From a virus, in the IMG/VR virus record IMGVR_UViG_3300032289_001838, positions 17,590 to 81,589 of that record: a stretch of DNA of 64,000 nucleotides; one strand, given 5' to 3'. This document shows positions 30,609-42,105 of the stretch, piece by piece (the first letter of the stretch is position 1; every line of letters starts with the position of its first letter). The translations under genes and the position numbers were made by a program. The notes beneath the pieces are model-generated. The model worked only from the letters and a program-made list of their open reading frames with translations. It was not told the origin of the DNA and ran no database searches.

Positions 30609-31718
30609 TTAAAAATCAATACGACACTTAATTAGCAATTCATTATCAAATGATTTTTGCGTTGGTCTACTTAATTTACCCACGGCTAATAATTCGTTAT
30701 TAGAATCATATAACCCAATTGTAGTAATATAAGTACGTGGATTGCTAATCAGTTCTGGATATATAATAGTACCTTTTGTTTGTCCATCAGTACCATCCGA
30801 AACAAACGTTGGGTTATTACTATAATTAAATTCTTTGTTTTTAACTCTTACAAAGTAATTCGTAGATGGAACAAATTCCGATTTGCGAACTGCCATATTT
30901 TTATTTGATCTTCTGAGACTTAAATAGAATTTACGCAACCAATCTCTCCAATAACTTTTCCAGTTAACTGAGTATTGATTAGTTGTTCTGGAATTGGTAA
31001 TTTCTGGTGGATTTCCAGTAATACCAACTTTTGCGTCCAACTTTAGTGCATTCAATATAACAACACCATTTGTTGGATAGAATAATCCGATACCTTCATA
31101 AACAGCGGATACAGTTCCTCCTTTAGTAAATGGCGTTGGTACGCCATTGATAATGGATCCTGAAATCAAATTATATACATTTTGTTGTGTATTTACAACT
31201 TGGGAATCGTCGATATATGAGAATTGACCTAAAGCGCCAGTAAAATTTAATTGAATTTGGCCTGGATCAATTTGATCTTGGAATTTATCAGCTACATAAT
31301 TTAGTACGAAGATTGCGGAACTATCGGTTGGAGAATCCACACTACCTGAGGCAAAACTAAAGAATGTATCTCCTGGTTGCAGAAGTGTATTTTTGTACTG
31401 AGAGTAAATAACTTTAGTTTCATTTGTATATACTTTTGCTACTGATTGTCCTGTCCAATCAAAATAACTACTACCCGAATTATAATAATCTCCATAAGCA
31501 ATGGCAAAATATTGATCTCCGCCGCTATAAATGTCAATATAATACTGAGCATTTCTTACGTCGAATGGGCCGGATCCAGTCATGACGTTTGCTTGAGCGG
31601 ATGATGATACGAAAGATGATTGAGCTACTGTTAAACTACCAGTACCAAACATACCCGATGACACTTGGTTAATTCTTCCTGATACTATATCGTCTGGAGT
31701 AAATGGTGTGAATATCAT
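30609..31718 (-). CDS. putative baseplate/tail structural protein
   Basis: C-terminus EFNYSNNPT...YITTIGLYD..NELLAVGKLSRP paralogous to the 886-aa protein. Confidence 0.65.
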   Translation of the reverse strand: MIFTPFTPDDIVSGRINQVSSGMFGTGSLTVAQSSFVSSSAQANVMTGSGPFDVRNAQYYIDIYSGGDQYFAIAYGDYYNSGSSYFDWTGQSVAKVYTNETKVIYSQYKNTLLQPGDTFFSFASGSVDSPTDSSAIFVLNYVADKFQDQIDPGQIQLNFTGALGQFSYIDDSQVVNTQQNVYNLISGSIINGVPTPFTKGGTVSAVYEGIGLFYPTNGVVILNALKLDAKVGITGNPPEITNSRTTNQYSVNWKSYWRDWLRKFYLSLRRSNKNMAVRKSEFVPSTNYFVRVKNKEFNYSNNPTFVSDGTDGQTKGTIIYPELISNPRTYITTIGLYDSNNELLAVGKLSRPTQKSFDNELLIKCRIDF

Positions 31719-31724
31719 ATATTA

Positions 31725-32366
31725 TTAAGTTGTGGTAGGAACACTGACAGTTACATTGATTGAAGAATTTCCTCCGCTTTCATTTCCAATAATGGTAATG
31801 TTAGTTGTGGTTGTCTTAGACAAAGAACTATTTGGAATAAATCTAAACTTATTACCTATAACAACCTGTGAAGCTTGTGACGCTAAATCTCCGGTAAATG
31901 TTGGAATAGTTGCTGAGGTAGAGTTTAAACTATTTGTTTCAGTGACTACTAAAGTACCTACGTTTTTATTGGATAGAATTGCTGTATAACCAAGTGTTAC
32001 GTTATAAACTGGAGTTGTACTTGGAATAATATCAATTGCGGCTGAATAAGTACGTGGTACAGAAATTAATGGAGGAGCAATGTTGATGGTTGGCACAGAT
32101 GTTACTCCATCATTCAATGTAACCAATTTATACTTCATGATTTGAGATTCATCTGTGATTGGTTCCATTACGGGAGTATTGCGAATAGCTATATCGTAAT
32201 ATGCACTGCCCATTGGATGATTTGGGTTAAACTGTGTATAGTCGATTTCGTCGTCAGCTAAAGCGAATGCTGTAATGTTCAATCCACCTGTTTTTGCCAA
32301 TACTTCACGACCTTTTTTCGTCAATATCGCGTTAACAGTGAGAACGTTGTTATTAAGATATGCCAT
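31725..32366 (-). CDS. putative baseplate/tail structural protein
   Basis: AILTKKGRE...ITAFALADDEIDY N-terminus; position in structural operon. Confidence 0.65.
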   Translation of the reverse strand: MAYLNNNVLTVNAILTKKGREVLAKTGGLNITAFALADDEIDYTQFNPNHPMGSAYYDIAIRNTPVMEPITDESQIMKYKLVTLNDGVTSVPTINIAPPLISVPRTYSAAIDIIPSTTPVYNVTLGYTAILSNKNVGTLVVTETNSLNSTSATIPTFTGDLASQASQVVIGNKFRFIPNSSLSKTTTTNITIIGNESGGNSSINVTVSVPTTT

Positions 32367-32412
32367 ATATAAATAATTATCAAGTGTTTTCGGTTTTTAA
32401 TCAAAAATTATA

Positions 32413-35400
32413 TTATAAATTCATAATATACATATTCATACTAGCACTGGTACATGTAGAACATGTTAGTGGTTGTTGTATAAACAAGCTATTTGGAGAT
32501 CCAATTGATCCGGTTAAAATACCATACTTAGGGAAATTATCACTTTCAATATCAACTGCCAAATATCCTGGTATTGATATAATAGGAGATGATCCATTTG
32601 GTAAACCTTTTCGATTTACGGTTGTGGTATAGTCATTTTGACCTTTTGTATAAGTGTAGTATGATAATTTGCCACTAGATAATGTTTTTATCCCATTGCT
32701 TATAGTATAATATGATCCGGAAACCGCTTGTCTTTTTAATCTACTTCCAATACGTACAAATTTACTCAAGTGTCGTTGAGAATATCCACTATTCATTTCT
32801 CCGTAATAGATGTCCTTCAGAGAATTGCTACCCGTAATTTGATTATTTAAATCTCCTGAGCCAGAGCCAATAATCTGTACAGATTTATAACTTGATGTAA
32901 ATGTTACAACAGATCCCGTATTATTGTGAGATTGATAATAATCATTCTCAGAATAATTTATTGTATTTCGTACATTATATCCATTTGTATTTACAAATAT
33001 ATATTTTCCATATTTAGCAAATATAAAATCTCTATCATCCACTTTATCTTTGATCTCAAATCTCGAAAAGTTATATGTATCACGATCTGTTTGAATTCCG
33101 TTAACAGAAGAAATGTTTATTACTGTGTTGCTTGATGAGTTAACCGTATCTATTAATGAACATGAAAAGAATGGTTTAATTAAATAAGTCATCAAACTGG
33201 ATGTACTATTTGGATTTAATGCAGTGAAGTCTGCATCTTTATAATTGAATTTAACACGTTCAAGTATAGAAGGTTCCAATAAAAGTCCAGTTTTTAAAGT
33301 ACTGCGAGAAGGTGTTAAATTTTTAACAAAATCAAATATTGAAAAATCAATATAAAACTTATAAGTACTATAATATTCTTGAGGATATATATACTTTTTA
33401 TTTGCAGCAGCAAATTCAGCTTGTCTCAATTTCAACTCAGGATAGTTTCTTGAAGTAAGATATTTAGGATCTCCTATAATATCAGATATACCTTCTTTTC
33501 CTAAAAAGTCTTCGATATTTTCATTTAAATATCGATATGGCGAAATATAATATCCTACTAAATTAGAATCACTTCCAATTATGTCTTTTGTATATGTAGA
33601 GTATTCATATGGTACCAAATTAGAACTTACATCTTGAGTGATTTTATTAATATTAGCATTATCTTTATAATTTGGCCCAAATCTGTTTGAATTTATAGCT
33701 TGTTTGATGTTAAATTTCTCAAATTGATATGGGAAAATATCGGCTGATATTGAATCGCAATATGGCGATCCTCGTTGTACGGTATTTTGATTAAAATTAT
33801 AAGCGTAAAATTTACTATTATATCTATTATTTTGATTTAATATAACCGATGGAAATCCCCACAAGTTTACAGGAGTATCAAAACTCCATAGATAATACAT
33901 GTTTTCATAAACCAAAGATTTTTCTGGTATAGAAATCGAATTTAAGTTATAAGAATGTTCTTGAAAATCAGAATCACTTAATGCATATTTCTGGACTTTT
34001 ATTTTATCGATATTTCCATAAAATTGAATTGAAGATGAAAAGTTTCCTACATAATAACTTCCAGATGAAAAATATTGAGTTTGATCGTACAATATCGTCT
34101 TATCTTTTCTATCCGTGAAGTTAAGTTGACTTCCGTAATATTGATTGACAGTCAATGTGTATGTGTGTGGAACATACTTTTCGGCCGCCGATGAACTTAA
34201 TGATTGAGTTTGATTATATGTTTGAGAAACAATAGGCAATGCATCAAAAATAATATTATCATTTGGTTGCTTTCTCAACATAAACGTATAGAAATCTCCA
34301 TTAAAATAAGGCATTTCTATGCTTTCAATACTAGACGTAATTTGTGTGGAACCAATAGGACAAAGTTCAAAAATTAATTTTGCAGATTCTTTTTGTTTGG
34401 TCTTGTACAAATAAATTTGCCAATCTAAGTTTTTGTTTCTTGTCTTCTTTATTAATGGAATTTTATCTTTGTAATTGTATTTATCCCATTCATTAGATCT
34501 GAATGACATTTCTACAGTTGATACTCCGGTAAATCTTTCTACTACAGATCTTGTCAACTGCGTTGGTGGATATGTACTTCCACTTGTATATTGTTGTCCC
34601 ACAAAATACTTATATTCACTACTTGTAAAATTAAAATTTATATATTGATTGTTGCTATACTTGGTAGCGTAAATTATATCATCAAAGTCATAATAAACAT
34701 TTTTGTTTATCAATATGTTTGGACTACTATATTCCACGACGTTAATCAAATCCGAAGATACACCGAAAATTGATCGAATCAAATTAAATGAGGTAGATGT
34801 GCCTTTAGTTTTATATATGTAACTTAAATTATTAGTTATTCGGTTAAATATAGATTTAGCATAATCAAAATATGAGGAAGATAAACTTCCAGACATCTGT
34901 GTATTATTAAACAATAATTGATTTACATCACTCCTGTTAAACTTAAAATTAGTAACATCCCAGTTGAAATTGTTTAATAATTCTTCTATATAATTTTTTG
35001 GATAACTATTGTTATCATTCCAATTAATTGGATAAGCTTTCGGAAACTTCTTAACAAAAACTAAAATGTTATCAAAGAAATGACCAACCATTGCTGTAAA
35101 CTTTATATAATCAGCATTAGCTTCTTCTGTTTTAATATAATCCGGCAATTGATAGAATAAAGAATTGTAATTACTTTTATCGAAGCTTATACCATCTTCT
35201 ATTTTCTGATCTATACTAGATGGAGAATAAAACAGATAAGATTCATATTCATCTAAACTATCTAATAAAGAAATTTGTTCGTTTGTTATTCTGTTAAAGT
35301 CATTGGAATATGACGCTGATATCGAAGTATTAGACGTTGTAGATGCTTGATTCTTAATTTGACTCTTTGAAGTTTCATAGGAATCATATTTAGAGATTTT

Positions 35401-36861
35401 GCTTTTAGCTATCTTAGTTCTTAATTCAGCAGAAGAAAAATTAATAAAATTACTAAAATCATTATAATCGATCAATAAATCATTTATTTTTTGTTGAGTT
35501 CTAGCTTTAGCGGCGAATAATGTATTGTTATCCGTTGCATTAAACTTGTCGTTCGTTGGATTAACAGATGGTACGGCTACTGTAAAATTGACACTGTTTA
35601 AATAAACCTTACGTGAAACTGGTGCGGTATATAAATTAACTTTAAAATACAACGGCGCCAATGAAATGTTGGAGATCCAACAGGTATCTCTTATAGAATA
35701 CTCAGATGGAAGTGGACTATCCAACTTAATCTGAACATTTATACGATTGTCTACTACATTTAAATAACTTGTGTGAGTTAATATTTTTACTAAATTCCCA
35801 TTATCAAAATTTAATGCGTTCTTATAAAATGCATAAAACTTCAGACTATAATCATTTAATAATTCTGTAATTTTTGGTTGTAACCAATATCTATATGCAA
35901 TTTCGACAAATACATTTATTGTTTCAGCAAGATCTACATCAGTCAAAGTTGTTCTTTGTAATATTGCGTCTTGACTTACTTTTGCCGTGATCAATGAAAT
36001 AGCTGTCAAGATTTCATCTTCGGAAAATTCAGTTTCGTTGTAAGTGTAAACAAAGTTTTTTATTTGTTCTGCAATTCCTGCAAATTTTATATTTTCACTG
36101 ATTACCGTATTGGGATCATTAGATAAATTAACAACTTTATTGTATCCAACATAGACAGAGTTAATAAATTCTTGCAACTGAGCCGAAGACTTAAATCCGA
36201 GAAGTTGTGCGTATTTCAAATAATTGAAATTAGAAAAATTGGCATTAAAAGATTCATCTATAGGATTTCTATCTACGATGGGAATAATATCATCGATTAC
36301 TTGTAAAAAAACAAATTTTTTATCCGCAAATGCTGAGATTTTTACTGAATCTATTCTGTTAGCTTCACTGATATTTGGATCAAATGCATAAGATAATCTT
36401 AACTCAGTTCGACTAGGAGAGATTTCTTTTATGAATAATCTATTAGACGTATTACCAGCAATATTTCTAATTGGGTTATATAGAACATAATACAAACCGG
36501 GACTCAATTCGTCGAACTTAAGATCGAATTGACTGTGTAATAACAATTCATTGCCATATAAAGCATAATTTGTAAATGGATTGGCAACTCTATATGTTCG
36601 TGGTACATCATTTACATCTTTATATGATGATTGTACAATACTGTATGTTGTTTTTGGTATTACTCTGTTAAAAAGAATTGGTTCTTGATTACTATTATAA
36701 ACACTTAATTCTAATATATCATCATTTGTATCTCCGAAAAAGTTTTCAGAGTTTAAAACTTGTTGTTCGTATAAAGATTGTAAATCTTGTTGAAAATACG
36801 AAGCACTTGCTATACCATTAGCAAGATCAAGTTCATTAATTGTTAAATAATCGTAAGGCAT
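32413..36861 (-). CDS. large baseplate wedge-like structural protein
   Basis: 1482 aa; LPDYI, YIYKTKGT..F..I..IFG motif of gp7/P2 gpI-like wedge proteins; LamG-like segment FYGNIDKIKV. Confidence 0.6.
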   Translation of the reverse strand: MPYDYLTINELDLANGIASASYFQQDLQSLYEQQVLNSENFFGDTNDDILELSVYNSNQEPILFNRVIPKTTYSIVQSSYKDVNDVPRTYRVANPFTNYALYGNELLLHSQFDLKFDELSPGLYYVLYNPIRNIAGNTSNRLFIKEISPSRTELRLSYAFDPNISEANRIDSVKISAFADKKFVFLQVIDDIIPIVDRNPIDESFNANFSNFNYLKYAQLLGFKSSAQLQEFINSVYVGYNKVVNLSNDPNTVISENIKFAGIAEQIKNFVYTYNETEFSEDEILTAISLITAKVSQDAILQRTTLTDVDLAETINVFVEIAYRYWLQPKITELLNDYSLKFYAFYKNALNFDNGNLVKILTHTSYLNVVDNRINVQIKLDSPLPSEYSIRDTCWISNISLAPLYFKVNLYTAPVSRKVYLNSVNFTVAVPSVNPTNDKFNATDNNTLFAAKARTQQKINDLLIDYNDFSNFINFSSAELRTKIAKSKISKYDSYETSKSQIKNQASTTSNTSISASYSNDFNRITNEQISLLDSLDEYESYLFYSPSSIDQKIEDGISFDKSNYNSLFYQLPDYIKTEEANADYIKFTAMVGHFFDNILVFVKKFPKAYPINWNDNNSYPKNYIEELLNNFNWDVTNFKFNRSDVNQLLFNNTQMSGSLSSSYFDYAKSIFNRITNNLSYIYKTKGTSTSFNLIRSIFGVSSDLINVVEYSSPNILINKNVYYDFDDIIYATKYSNNQYINFNFTSSEYKYFVGQQYTSGSTYPPTQLTRSVVERFTGVSTVEMSFRSNEWDKYNYKDKIPLIKKTRNKNLDWQIYLYKTKQKESAKLIFELCPIGSTQITSSIESIEMPYFNGDFYTFMLRKQPNDNIIFDALPIVSQTYNQTQSLSSSAAEKYVPHTYTLTVNQYYGSQLNFTDRKDKTILYDQTQYFSSGSYYVGNFSSSIQFYGNIDKIKVQKYALSDSDFQEHSYNLNSISIPEKSLVYENMYYLWSFDTPVNLWGFPSVILNQNNRYNSKFYAYNFNQNTVQRGSPYCDSISADIFPYQFEKFNIKQAINSNRFGPNYKDNANINKITQDVSSNLVPYEYSTYTKDIIGSDSNLVGYYISPYRYLNENIEDFLGKEGISDIIGDPKYLTSRNYPELKLRQAEFAAANKKYIYPQEYYSTYKFYIDFSIFDFVKNLTPSRSTLKTGLLLEPSILERVKFNYKDADFTALNPNSTSSLMTYLIKPFFSCSLIDTVNSSSNTVINISSVNGIQTDRDTYNFSRFEIKDKVDDRDFIFAKYGKYIFVNTNGYNVRNTINYSENDYYQSHNNTGSVVTFTSSYKSVQIIGSGSGDLNNQITGSNSLKDIYYGEMNSGYSQRHLSKFVRIGSRLKRQAVSGSYYTISNGIKTLSSGKLSYYTYTKGQNDYTTTVNRKGLPNGSSPIISIPGYLAVDIESDNFPKYGILTGSIGSPNSLFIQQPLTCSTCTSASMNMYIMNL

Positions 36862-36862
36862 A

Positions 36863-37336
36863 TTATACTAGTGGTAAAAACGGAAAATCATCAGCAAAGT
36901 CTGAAGGAACATTTCCTTGACCCAATTGAATTCGAAGATTTATTATTGTTTTCTTTTGTTCTGCGATCACTTGTTTATCATCATTGTTCTCATACTTTTC
37001 AACCAGTTCATTAACCGTCTGATTAAGAATTCTATTTTCCTCAAGTAGAGTGTTATATTGATCCAAAACTTCAGCGACATTACGTTTCTCTTCTTGTTGA
37101 ACAGTTTGAAGTTCGGTAAAGTCAACTGTATTCGCATCAATGATTTTATTCTCGTTGTACACAAATGTTTTCAATGGAACTTTAACATAATTAACGTTTC
37201 CATTGACGGACTGAGCTACAGAAAATACCAATTGGAAATTTCCAAAAGAATCTAAATTATTTACGAAGTCTCCAAAATTTTTAAAGTTAGAAACTTCATC
37301 TGTAGCCACATCATAGTTTAATTGTATATCCGCCAT
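36863..37336 (-). CDS. hypothetical coiled-coil protein
   Basis: 157-aa ORF, tightly coupled to neighbours. Confidence 0.65.
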   Translation of the reverse strand: MADIQLNYDVATDEVSNFKNFGDFVNNLDSFGNFQLVFSVAQSVNGNVNYVKVPLKTFVYNENKIIDANTVDFTELQTVQQEEKRNVAEVLDQYNTLLEENRILNQTVNELVEKYENNDDKQVIAEQKKTIINLRIQLGQGNVPSDFADDFPFLPLV

Positions 37337-37337
37337 A

Positions 37338-39230
37338 TTATCTTGTTATCTTAAATATTTTTTGAGTGTCTGTAATATCTACAGTACCGTCTTGATATTC
37401 CGATTTTATAAATATTTTCAAATATCTTTCTTGTGGCAATCCGGTTGTTTGTAATTTAAAATAATTACCTTGATTTGGATCACAACTTAACTTTGTATAT
37501 TGATCAAATCCAACTAAAACTTCTTCTGATTCAGCATCTTTAATCATATAATAAGAGCTAGTAGGAAGATACTTCGGAGTAACCATGGATGGCTGTTGAT
37601 AAGCTTTTTGGAAGTTTTTCAACGGATATCTATCTCTAGCGAATACAAATATTTTTGGTAAACTTCCGGCTTTATAAGCTTCTTTTAAGTAATTCAATGT
37701 AATTAAATTTTGAATTGATCCTGAAACAGGTTTCAAACTTCCGGTACTAAATACACTGTCATCCCAAGCTACATCAATATATGGACTATAAATAGTATTT
37801 GTTTCTTTACTAAAAAACTGTAGTAGTCCATTTGTTGGTTGTAATGGAGGAGTCGAAATTTCCAAAGAACTTAATAACATAAGTCCCTGATTCGGAACAC
37901 AACCACATAACCATCCTCTAACGATTTTGGTTATATCCATAGTAACGTCACTTTGTTGTCCGTAACTAAATGACTGACTACAAATTAAACTTGCATTTAC
38001 CAAAGATGGATACTTCGATGAATTGCAAATCCATTTTGGCTTATTTGTGTAAGAAGCTGGTACTTTATAATACCAAGTACCCCCTTGATTTTGAAAACTA
38101 GCACTTGAATACGAAGATGATAATAGATAATTTACTTGTTGATAAGTATTAGATATAGAATTTCCATACCATAACCCACTTCCATCATAGTTTCTATATA
38201 ACCAACTACACCCTAGTTGTGATCCATTATCCGCGTATCTACCATTACCATTTTCCCAACTTTGACTTATAGGATAAGCATATATACTATAATTTAATGG
38301 AAGATTTCTGGACCCACAAGCTTTTAAATTTAAAGTGAATTTTATATTAGATCCACTAATATTATTGTTTGAGATAGATTTACTCAATTCATTTATATCA
38401 AACTTAACAAGCGTTCTAGAAAACTCAGGATAGTTCAAATATGTTGCTGTAGACGGACGAGTAAAAGATCCACTATATTTACCTTTGAAATAACCAGCAA
38501 AATTTGTGACATCTGTGTAATACAATTTACTGGAAGTTAAAGTTTCTATATATAACTTAGAATTTGAACCACTAAAACTTCCTGTAAACGATCCTGAATT
38601 AAAAGCTCTTACTGGAGAATAAAAACTGGAGTTACACGGTATGCCTGTATTTGATTTGCCTAATAGTTTCCCTCTTAAATTTTTAAAGCTGCCTGTACCT
38701 GTCAAAGATGACGTTAACGGACTTGTTGTATATGTCCGTTTGTTTACTTTTAATTTTGTAAAAAAGCTACCAACTCTTACAGATCCAGAAAAACTACCTG
38801 TACTCCAACTACCTGTAAAGAACGAATAACTTGTTATATTCATACTACCTGTAAATGATCCGGATGCGTAATTAGCTGATCCAGAAATATAAAGTGGTCG
38901 TTTTGGGTTAGTAGTTATATTGGACAATCTACCTGTAAAATTAGCAATAAATGATGTATTCGGTATTACAGAAGATGTAAGATTGAAAGCATACCACTTA
39001 CTTCCAGAGTAAATAAATAAAGAAGAGGTGGTATAAGCTAACCAACCTTCGTTACCATAAGATGACGCAGTAATCGGAGCTGCGTGCCAGTTCGGATCTG
39101 TGTATACAGTCGTCGTGCCTTTATTAGAGGCATAAATTTCTAATATTTCATCAATACCAAAATTTTTATTGACAAAATTAGGAGAATTGTTTATGTAGGT
39201 ATCTTGAGATGGATAAATAAATGTGTGCAT
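37338..39230 (-). CDS. putative virion protein (DNRLRE-like beta-sandwich with GSFTGS-rich insertion)
   Basis: PSQDTYI...NFG.DEILEI, SRTLVKFD, FFSKET..YSPYIDVAWDD; many SGS/TGS motifs. Confidence 0.6.
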   Translation of the reverse strand: MHTFIYPSQDTYINNSPNFVNKNFGIDEILEIYASNKGTTTVYTDPNWHAAPITASSYGNEGWLAYTTSSLFIYSGSKWYAFNLTSSVIPNTSFIANFTGRLSNITTNPKRPLYISGSANYASGSFTGSMNITSYSFFTGSWSTGSFSGSVRVGSFFTKLKVNKRTYTTSPLTSSLTGTGSFKNLRGKLLGKSNTGIPCNSSFYSPVRAFNSGSFTGSFSGSNSKLYIETLTSSKLYYTDVTNFAGYFKGKYSGSFTRPSTATYLNYPEFSRTLVKFDINELSKSISNNNISGSNIKFTLNLKACGSRNLPLNYSIYAYPISQSWENGNGRYADNGSQLGCSWLYRNYDGSGLWYGNSISNTYQQVNYLLSSSYSSASFQNQGGTWYYKVPASYTNKPKWICNSSKYPSLVNASLICSQSFSYGQQSDVTMDITKIVRGWLCGCVPNQGLMLLSSLEISTPPLQPTNGLLQFFSKETNTIYSPYIDVAWDDSVFSTGSLKPVSGSIQNLITLNYLKEAYKAGSLPKIFVFARDRYPLKNFQKAYQQPSMVTPKYLPTSSYYMIKDAESEEVLVGFDQYTKLSCDPNQGNYFKLQTTGLPQERYLKIFIKSEYQDGTVDITDTQKIFKITR

Positions 39231-39231
39231 A

Positions 39232-41211
39232 TTATACTACAAGTCCTTTTATGTCAGAGTCTGGAAACTTAACTTCAAATACAGCAGGATCCTTTGGAGG
39301 ATACACTATATTATTTTGTGTTGCTATACTAATATTGTATGCAACGGAAGAATAATTACCATCATCAATAGTTAAGTTTTTTATAAGAATGTCGCTCACG
39401 GATTGAACGCCTTCATTTTGCATTATCTCGAAATTTATTTGACTTAAATTTATCGGTTGATTAAAACTCCATTTATCTATATCGAAAAATGATTTTACAG
39501 ATTGTATACAATTATTTAATACTTCGGATTTATTAAACCCTTTAAATACAGTTATTTTAAATTCAACTCCAATGTTTATTATATAACCATCGATAATATT
39601 AATCTTATCTGTCAGAATCTTATAATTCTGAATATATGTGGTTAAATTTTGAAGAGTTGCTGGGTTTACTTGTGTTAGATTTTTATTTACATCATATCCA
39701 AGTAAATACAAATTATTGGTAAATGGACTATTTGATTGTAAAAATTTCTTTCTATCAAGAGGATTTAATGGAGATAAATTTACAGTCGAATTATTTTCTG
39801 TATTTAAAACGCCATTAATCAATCCAGTGTATTGAACTTCTCTAGTCAAATTACTTTGTACAAACGCTTTAGATATATTGCCTAATTGTGGTGGTAATGC
39901 ATAAACTCTCAACAAGAAATCGTCTTCTGTAACCATACGATTTTGTGTGGAAAAATTCAACATTGCATTTTGTCTAATTTCTTCGTCGGATTCAGCATCA
40001 TCGCCGCCTGTAGCAGCCTCTATATTGTTTACTCTTAAAGAATTTTTTATAGTATTCAATAATATAACTTCACTGTCAGTTAATGATGTAGTATCATTTA
40101 AATAAGAAATTCCTAAAATCTTGTTAATTTCCCCAGAGTTTACGTTTGAATTTAAACCTCCGCCTATAACATACGTTATAGTCAATGTCGTATTAGATGG
40201 AGACATACCATACGACTTTTCTTTTAACACATTGGTATTATCCAATGAGATATTTAAATTTTTTAAATTAGATAATGCTGCCCCAACATTAGTTGGATTT
40301 GGTATAACAATAGTATTTTCAAAATTCTCAGTATTTGCGCCGAATTGTAAAGTAGTCTGATTATTCTCATTAACAACCGTAACATATCTTTTCTCCGTTC
40401 TTAAATACTTTAGAATTTTTGGAGTTTCACTTCTATATGGAGATAAAGTTTGATTGTTTAGTGGCACGTTATCCACTTCAATTGGAATTGTGTCTTGAGC
40501 CAAATAATCTACTTCGTAGTAATTATTATTATTACTATCAACGACACTTATGATTTTAAGAACATTCGTTTCATCTAATGTTATACTATAAAAAGGCACT
40601 TGATCTGTTACACTAACTTGTTTAGTAATTACCGTTCCAGAATAAGCTTTAGCTGCTTTCTTGATTAGATAAAATTGAGGAGCACCTGTATTATCGCGAC
40701 TATACACAGATATTTCTCTAGGCGAAAATTTAGTATCTTGACTGAAGTCTATACTTTCTTCTATTACGAAATTAACTCCTGGCGTACTAGATAGTTGTGA
40801 AAATGGTTGTAATATCAAACAATAACGTTCATCCGGAAGATATTCATTATCTCTGGTACGAATAGATGGTAATAATTGGAATACGTCAACATCGGATGAA
40901 GATGCTGACGAAACTTTTGGTTTGTAACCCAAATACTTAGCAGAATTTATAATATTTCTGCGATCTTGGGCAAATTGAATATAACTTTCGAAGAATTGCT
41001 GATCTGTATAGTAAGATAATACATCTCCAACATAAGCCGCTTGGTCTATAAAAATTTGACCTGGAGAACTTTCACTAAAATCTTTATAACTTTGTGGATA
41101 GTATTGTTTTGTGAAATCAATTAGTTGTTGACGTAAAGACGTAAAATCTCTATTAAGATAATTTACATCTTTTGTATTCGCGTCAAATGTTTTGTTAATT
41201 AGCGTTGACAT
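39232..41211 (-). CDS. baseplate wedge protein (T4 gp6 / baseplate J-like)
   Basis: YLNRDFTSLR, DFSESSPG, YVGDVLSYY, GGDDAESDEEIR, QNRMVTEDD. Confidence 0.88.
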   Translation of the reverse strand: MSTLINKTFDANTKDVNYLNRDFTSLRQQLIDFTKQYYPQSYKDFSESSPGQIFIDQAAYVGDVLSYYTDQQFFESYIQFAQDRRNIINSAKYLGYKPKVSSASSSDVDVFQLLPSIRTRDNEYLPDERYCLILQPFSQLSSTPGVNFVIEESIDFSQDTKFSPREISVYSRDNTGAPQFYLIKKAAKAYSGTVITKQVSVTDQVPFYSITLDETNVLKIISVVDSNNNNYYEVDYLAQDTIPIEVDNVPLNNQTLSPYRSETPKILKYLRTEKRYVTVVNENNQTTLQFGANTENFENTIVIPNPTNVGAALSNLKNLNISLDNTNVLKEKSYGMSPSNTTLTITYVIGGGLNSNVNSGEINKILGISYLNDTTSLTDSEVILLNTIKNSLRVNNIEAATGGDDAESDEEIRQNAMLNFSTQNRMVTEDDFLLRVYALPPQLGNISKAFVQSNLTREVQYTGLINGVLNTENNSTVNLSPLNPLDRKKFLQSNSPFTNNLYLLGYDVNKNLTQVNPATLQNLTTYIQNYKILTDKINIIDGYIINIGVEFKITVFKGFNKSEVLNNCIQSVKSFFDIDKWSFNQPINLSQINFEIMQNEGVQSVSDILIKNLTIDDGNYSSVAYNISIATQNNIVYPPKDPAVFEVKFPDSDIKGLVV

Positions 41212-41612
41212 TAGATTTTATTAGTTTCCAAGTTAAACTCGGTTTCACCCACAGTATTGTTATATCTAAAGGTAATACTTATAAATATCGAATTTTTACT
41301 ATTATTATCTGGTTGAATTGGAGATAGTTCCACTTTCAATATTGTTGTGCCAGGCATAAATTTGTCAACGTCACGTTGAATTACATCAATAATGATATCA
41401 TTTGATATATCATCTCCTATATTATTAAATAATAAATTGTATAATCCAGATCCAAATGTATTATTAAATCTTCTTTCTCCAGGAATAGTTAACAATAAAT
41501 TTTGAATATTTGTACCAATCTGTGAGATAGTATCTTTATTTGTACTAAAATAACCCTGATCACCAAGTTGTATTGGTAATGATAAACCTATAGATTTGGT
41601 TGGAGTAGCCAT
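41211..41612 (-). CDS. baseplate protein gp25-like
   Basis: NLLLTIPGERRFNNTFGSGLYNLLF. Confidence 0.88.
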   Translation of the reverse strand: MATPTKSIGLSLPIQLGDQGYFSTNKDTISQIGTNIQNLLLTIPGERRFNNTFGSGLYNLLFNNIGDDISNDIIIDVIQRDVDKFMPGTTILKVELSPIQPDNNSKNSIFISITFRYNNTVGETEFNLETNKI

Positions 41613-41617
41613 TTATT

Positions 41618-42088
41618 TTACTTTTCACCACGTTTTTTATTCACAGCTTTCATTAGTGATCTATAATCTCTGTTCATAGCACTATAAACACTCTTTACTG
41701 GTTCGGGAGCATTTTCTGGAGCTTTTGTTTCAGTAATTACTTGAGATTTACCTACATCAAGACCACCCATCATACTTACTAGTCCGCCTTCTTGTGGTAT
41801 TCCACCTGTAGTTTGATTCAAAATATCATTCAACATTGGATTGTTTGTATACTTTACAAACTTTTTAGCCGGTTTGACTTCTTCTTCAATAACAGATGAT
41901 TCTTCCATAGTTTCCAACTCTTTGAGAATTTGTTGTTCCAAGTCAGAATCAGCTGATTTTTTCTTGGTCTGAACAGCTTCTTTGGAGAATATTTCAGCCA
42001 ATTGAAGTTTAATTTCAGATTGTATTACATTGCGTACTTCTTGTTGTACCGTTTTCTTGATGAATTCTTTTAATACTTCTATTTTCAT
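41618..42088 (-). CDS. hypothetical protein
   Basis: 156 aa; LNDILNQT and MNRDYRSLMKA segments. Confidence 0.7.
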   Translation of the reverse strand: MKIEVLKEFIKKTVQQEVRNVIQSEIKLQLAEIFSKEAVQTKKKSADSDLEQQILKELETMEESSVIEEEVKPAKKFVKYTNNPMLNDILNQTTGGIPQEGGLVSMMGGLDVGKSQVITETKAPENAPEPVKSVYSAMNRDYRSLMKAVNKKRGEK

Positions 42089-42105
42089 ACTATTATATAT
42101 AATTA

